Notes under the pieces: model-generated | What the model was told of the DNA's origin: nothing | The model's database searches: none | Seen by the model: the letters and a program-made list of their open reading frames with translations, nothing else | DNA from: an uncultured candidate division Zixibacteria bacterium | GTDB taxonomy: Bacteria; Zixibacteria; MSB-5A5; GN15; FEB-12 | Assembly: GCA_963735035.1 (NCBI GenBank) | Contig: CAVTJJ010000004.1 | Location: 704,001 to 768,000 of the forward strand | Direction: 5' to 3' | DNA: 64,000 nt | Position numbers and translations under genes: made by a program | Shown: positions 59,854 to 64,000 of the stretch, one piece after another | How the letters are laid out: every line of letters begins with the position of its first letter | Position numbering within the stretch: the stretch's first letter is position 1

Positions 59854-60549
59854 ATGATCCGAACCCTCGCAAGACTCTTCTTCTTATGTGCTGCGGCTTC
59901 AATCGTGCTTTCATGCGCGGCGGGCTTGAAAAGCCACAAGGAGTTCTATGTTGACCAGCAGCCTCGGGAAGAATGGGCCGAGGCTCGTGACTCCGCGGGC
60001 AGTTATGTCCGTGAGGGGAAATTCATTTCCTGGCACGAAAACGGCGCTGAGAAGGTGACCGGAGAATTCCACCTGGGTCTCAAGAACGGACTTTGGACAA
60101 CCAAAGACCCGGACGGACGCGTGACCGAATGGTCAGAGTATCAGGACGGCGTTCAGCACGGTCTGGCAGTTAGCTACCATCCCAACCGGAAGAAGCAGCA
60201 GGAAGGCAAGTACGTTAAGGGACGTCGCGATGGCATCTGGCGTCAATGGTACTCGGACGGCGGTTTGAAAGAAGAAGGCGTGTACGTCGACGGCCGTCAG
60301 GAAGGCATCTGGACGTCATGGTATCCCGGCTTCAAGAAGCGCTCAGAAATTGAATACAAGGATGGCCAAATGAACGGTCCCTTCTTGACCTGGCGGGAAA
60401 GCGGTCTCCGATGGGAAGAAGGCTCTTATCAGGGCGGTTTGAAATCGGGTGTTTGGACGACCTGGGATGAAATGGGACTGGTGTTTTCCAAAGAAACTTA
60501 CATAGCCGGAAAACAGGTGGCCGCCGGGTCTAGCGCCTCGGCGCACTAG
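59854..60549 (+). CDS. MORN-variant repeat lipoprotein (YwqK-like)
   Basis: Lipobox VLSC; repeated GxWxxWYxxGxxxxEGxYxxG units. Confidence 0.85.
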   Translation: MIRTLARLFFLCAAASIVLSCAAGLKSHKEFYVDQQPREEWAEARDSAGSYVREGKFISWHENGAEKVTGEFHLGLKNGLWTTKDPDGRVTEWSEYQDGVQHGLAVSYHPNRKKQQEGKYVKGRRDGIWRQWYSDGGLKEEGVYVDGRQEGIWTSWYPGFKKRSEIEYKDGQMNGPFLTWRESGLRWEEGSYQGGLKSGVWTTWDEMGLVFSKETYIAGKQVAAGSSASAH

Positions 60550-60567
60550 TGTAGAATCTAATACTTA

Positions 60568-60900
60568 TCAGCAATGTCTTCGGGCGGAAACGACAAAAGC
60601 GCCGAAATAACTCCGCCAAAGGTTGTCGGACGAGCCCATCAGGTTCGAGCCGACAAACGAATCCACTAAAGCCTCGCGAAGTCTGGCCAACTCCCTGGTT
60701 CGAGTACGATTTTTCGGGTCATCGAGGGAGAAGTCGAGGAGTTCCAATGCCCGATCGAGAGCGAGCCGACTGTACTCTGAATTTTGACGTTCCTTCCACA
60801 TTAGGGCCCGCTCAACTTCTCCGCCAATATGGGCCATTTGTTCGACAAGACTGAAGCTGCTCCATCGTCCGGCAGCCAGAGAAGTATGTTGTGTGCTCAT
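60568..60900 (-). CDS. Hypothetical helical protein
   Basis: 110 aa; GRW..SL.EQMAHIGGEVERA..RALELLD..RELARLRE; 4-bp overlap with the upstream gene. Confidence 0.7.
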   Translation of the reverse strand: MSTQHTSLAAGRWSSFSLVEQMAHIGGEVERALMWKERQNSEYSRLALDRALELLDFSLDDPKNRTRTRELARLREALVDSFVGSNLMGSSDNLWRSYFGAFVVSARRHC

Positions 60901-61238
60901 CCGATAACTCTCCGGCTGACTATCTCTGTGATCCGTGCCCGAACCTGTTCGTTGTCGATCCCACGGGTTCGGTTATTCTGAGACGGACGAACATTGATAA
61001 GCGAATCGAATTCTATGAACTGGCCGCCCTGTTCCTCGGGATAGAGGTTTATTCCCCACAAGTCCTTCTGATGTGATCCGCCCTGAAGCAAAAGGGCTTC
61101 CAGGTCGGCATGCAATTCCGCGTCTACTGCCAGCAGTTCCCGATCAATGTCTACAACCGCCTTTATCATATTGCCGAAGAAATTTTGGGCAAGGGAACGC
61201 AGATCTTCTCGGGTGATGTTTTCGGCGATTACTTTCAT
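60897..61238 (-). CDS. DUF5674-like protein
   Basis: KAVVDI..AELHADLE..LL..GS.Q.DLWGINLYP..IEFDSLINVRPSQNN. Confidence 0.75.
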   Translation of the reverse strand: MKVIAENITREDLRSLAQNFFGNMIKAVVDIDRELLAVDAELHADLEALLLQGGSHQKDLWGINLYPEEQGGQFIEFDSLINVRPSQNNRTRGIDNEQVRARITEIVSRRVIG

Positions 61239-61372
61239 AGAGCAGGGAACTCCTCAATTCTGGAAACAGCTTACTTCCTCATCAACCGATTTCGGTCCTG
61301 GTGTCAAGATACCCGGTTCGGCATCAGAAGACAAGCGGGCCTGCCGAGAAAGGGGACCTAACGTAATTGAAA

Positions 61373-61723
61373 CTACGCCGCCACGCGACGAAACATGAAA
61401 TACGCCGCTCCCGCCAGACAAAGTCCCGCCCAAAGATAATCCAGCGTCAGCTTCTGTTTCATATAAAGCACACAGAATACCGCGAAGACCGACATCGTGA
61501 TTATTTCCTGTATGATCTTCAACTGGCCAAGGGAATACGTTTCGGCCCCGATCCGATTGGCCGGGACCTGAAGACAGTATTCCAGCAGCGCCACCGACCA
61601 GCTTATTAAGATAACCACCACCAGCGGGCGGTCGCGAAAATCCTTGAGGTGGCCGTACCAGGCGTAGGTCATGAAAAGGTTGGATCCAACCAGCAGCAAT
61701 ATGGGGAAAAGGCGGTTTTGCAT
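61373..61723 (-). CDS. DMT superfamily small membrane protein (DUF486-like)
   Basis: SNLFMTYAWYGHLK, EYCLQVPANRIG, QLKIIQEIIT. Confidence 0.85.
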   Translation of the reverse strand: MQNRLFPILLLVGSNLFMTYAWYGHLKDFRDRPLVVVILISWSVALLEYCLQVPANRIGAETYSLGQLKIIQEIITMSVFAVFCVLYMKQKLTLDYLWAGLCLAGAAYFMFRRVAA

Positions 61724-62013
61724 AGAGTCCTGCATTTTGAAGTTTCTCACTATCAAGGCATCGGGGAAATGAATGCGACAGCTTTCGAGGATCAATAAGA
61801 AGTTTTGACCGAGAAAGGTCTCGGTTTCTGCCACTTGTCACCTCCAAATCTGAACGTGGTCGCACAGCGGCTCCACTTTCGATTGCTCGCTGAGGCCAAA
61901 ACGACTATCTTGTACCGGAAGATCATGCTATAACAATATCCCTCGGCTACGAGGGCCGGGCTCGTTGCTCGACAATGTCAAACGCGGACCGGGCGTATTT
62001 CTTGCGAGGCGCC

Positions 62014-64000
62014 ATGACGTGGACACCGTCCAAAGGTTTCTTTGCGTTTGCCTGGTTATTGCTATTGGTGGTTCCCGCTCGATCATATTCCGTTGAAATC
62101 CAGAATCCTGATGTTCCAGACGATCCCAGGGAGTTGCCGTATCGGTTCGTAATCGAAAAATTCAGTCAGACTGAAGACGTCCCTGCATCCCGAGCAGAGC
62201 TGGTTGACATCGACGGCGATGGCTATGTCAACTATGTGTACCAGTACTGCGTTGCAATCGACAGTGGACATTACAAGGGGGCGGTCGTGGCTTCGCCCGA
62301 CTGGCAGGGAGCGGCTTACCCCTCCCAATACAACGGGCCGTACATGTCCGGATACGTGTGGTGGGCCAATACGATTGACGTTTGGGGCGGTCCCAACGAA
62401 GAAGTGATTCTGACCAAGAACCATCGGGACACAATTCTGCTCGAGATCATCTCGTTCGCGGCCGATTCAGGCGCGATGGCAATCGACACGGCCATAGTAA
62501 TCCCGGCCGCCATCGGGCGCCACCTTTCCGACGCCCAGTGGTGGCACTCGGTGCATGTTTACGCCCTTGTTGCCGTCGATCTCAACGGTGATGGCTGCCG
62601 TGATTTGATTTACTCTCGCCATGCCAAGCCGGATTCCTCAATCGAACGCGGCATGGTAGCCTGGGATTTCACCAAGAAGAAGCCACTCTGGTTCTTTCCG
62701 ACGGCGGATGGTGTCCCTGAGAATAGCATTGCGGTCATTCGCTCCCAGAAGAGTCAACCGGTGCTGGTAGCTGTTTCACAATCGAACTCCAATAGTTATT
62801 CCGCCAACGGCATGGACAGCAATCATAGTTATGTATTTGCCCTGGATTTTCAGGGACGGGAACTCTGGCGCTCTACTCTCGGTGGAGCGGGTTGGAGTTC
62901 GGTCGTCGCGGCTATGGATGTCGATAGTGACGGTTCGGACGAGGTCTGCGTAATGGGTCAGCCCGGTTTCCCCGACTTGTCAGCGGACACGCTCTTAAGA
63001 GCATACGATCCGTCAACCGGACGCACGGAATATTTCCTGCGGTCCTTGCCCGGGGTGACGGGATCAGCCGATCTCATTGTGCATAACCATGCCGCCGACA
63101 GCCCCGCTCTCTTTCTTACCGGATCGTTTCGCGACGGCGACTACATTTACCGTCTTGATCGAACTCTCACGCCGATCGCTGCGGTAAAGGGTTTCCGGCT
63201 GCACCGTCCCGCCTTCGTTGATCTCGATCAGGATGGCCACGATGAGCTTCTCTGTGCTTCGAAGTCGCAACGGTTATCAGTACTGAGTGACGGCTTTGAA
63301 TTGCTGGTAATGTACAGCCGTGACGACGGATTCCTTTCTGCCGGCATGACGCCTGAGGGACCTCGGGTGATGCTGGCACGAAACCCGCAGAACTTTGAGA
63401 TACTCAGCTATGCAGCGCAGCCACTGATGGTCCGCCTGTGGGCCGGCTATCGTTCTCCCATCGAGATAGTAATCGGGGCGCTGGCAATATTTCTGTTCAT
63501 ACGAGGCTTTAGCGCCCTGCGTCGCTGGCGTTTATCGGCGCTGGGCGTGCCTACTCTCAATCGCATCGACGCCATGGTTCTGCTTCTTGACGCCAGGGGC
63601 ACGATTCTATTTGCCAACCGCCACGGCCTGACCGAGCAACTCCTGGGGAAGAGCAATGGTCGCCGCGTTCACTATCTCAAGACCGGAATTGCCGCCCATA
63701 CCGAACTCAAAGAAGCTCTCGAACAATCGTTCGGTGATCCGATGGGTGTGCAGCAACATCTGGTGGAGTTCGGTGAGGCCTCGGCGCCGCGACGGCTGCA
63801 GGTTACTGTCTATCCTCATGTCGATTCGAACAACAGCTACCGAGGGAAGATTGTCGTATGCGAAGAACTCAGCGGAACACGTGCCCGTCAGTGGAAGCTG
63901 GTTCTCGGCGAGGCCGCCCAAAGATGGGTGCATCGGCTGAAACACAACATCGGTACCGCCAGAATGGTGCTCGGGAATATCGCCGATGACCAGGGCGTGG
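62014..64000 (+). CDS. Sensor histidine kinase with extracellular FG-GAP domain and PAS-like region, truncated by the window end
   Basis: Absent from the ORF track because it has no stop in the window. ATG 62014 signal peptide; DIDGDG, DLNGDG, DVDSDG, DLDQDG; TM IVIGALAIFLFI; LLDARGTILFAN; H-box-like QRWVHRLKHNI. Confidence 0.8.
   Translation, partial: MTWTPSKGFFAFAWLLLLVVPARSYSVEIQNPDVPDDPRELPYRFVIEKFSQTEDVPASRAELVDIDGDGYVNYVYQYCVAIDSGHYKGAVVASPDWQGAAYPSQYNGPYMSGYVWWANTIDVWGGPNEEVILTKNHRDTILLEIISFAADSGAMAIDTAIVIPAAIGRHLSDAQWWHSVHVYALVAVDLNGDGCRDLIYSRHAKPDSSIERGMVAWDFTKKKPLWFFPTADGVPENSIAVIRSQKSQPVLVAVSQSNSNSYSANGMDSNHSYVFALDFQGRELWRSTLGGAGWSSVVAAMDVDSDGSDEVCVMGQPGFPDLSADTLLRAYDPSTGRTEYFLRSLPGVTGSADLIVHNHAADSPALFLTGSFRDGDYIYRLDRTLTPIAAVKGFRLHRPAFVDLDQDGHDELLCASKSQRLSVLSDGFELLVMYSRDDGFLSAGMTPEGPRVMLARNPQNFEILSYAAQPLMVRLWAGYRSPIEIVIGALAIFLFIRGFSALRRWRLSALGVPTLNRIDAMVLLLDARGTILFANRHGLTEQLLGKSNGRRVHYLKTGIAAHTELKEALEQSFGDPMGVQQHLVEFGEASAPRRLQVTVYPHVDSNNSYRGKIVVCEELSGTRARQWKLVLGEAAQRWVHRLKHNIGTARMVLGNIADDQGV

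Noticed and set aside
59854..60549. YwqK-like protein as the antitoxin of a TA system
   Set aside because: A generic MORN-variant repeat lipoprotein with no adjacent co-oriented toxin

Overview
Gene-dense, GC-rich bacterial chromosomal window with no rRNA, tRNA, CRISPR array, transposase or prophage. It is probably from an anaerobic FCB-group organism, most consistent with Ca. Zixibacteria; this is inferred from Cys-flanked dockerin-like C-terminal domains and an NFPNPFNP/FlgD-type sorting domain. Main contents: (1) cation transport (VIT1, MgtA-like P-type ATPase, MgtC/DUF4010); (2) a MacA/MacB-like pair without an ATPase; (3) a double-cubane-cluster reductase with its ATP-dependent activase; (4) ettA, a secreted M16 peptidase pair and a SET-domain methyltransferase; (5) a group 3b [NiFe]-hydrogenase operon (beta, cNMP-binding protein, gamma, delta, alpha, protease, hypFCDE) behind a Rex/CRP-like palindrome, with hypB on the opposite strand and no hypA; (6) OPT and MscS transporters, PpsR, a radical SAM protein and rsmE; (7) a cluster of secreted dockerin-like, Ig-repeat and FG-GAP proteins; (8) hemerythrin, pepC, a DsrMK-like module and a heptaheme cytochrome c; (9) an FG-GAP sensor kinase that runs off the right edge and is missing from the ORF track. 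Intergenic regions carry several REP/REPIN-like palindromic repeat families. Seven frameshifts in six genes are all single-base insertions, most likely sequencing errors. All calls rest on motif recognition by eye; no searches were run.
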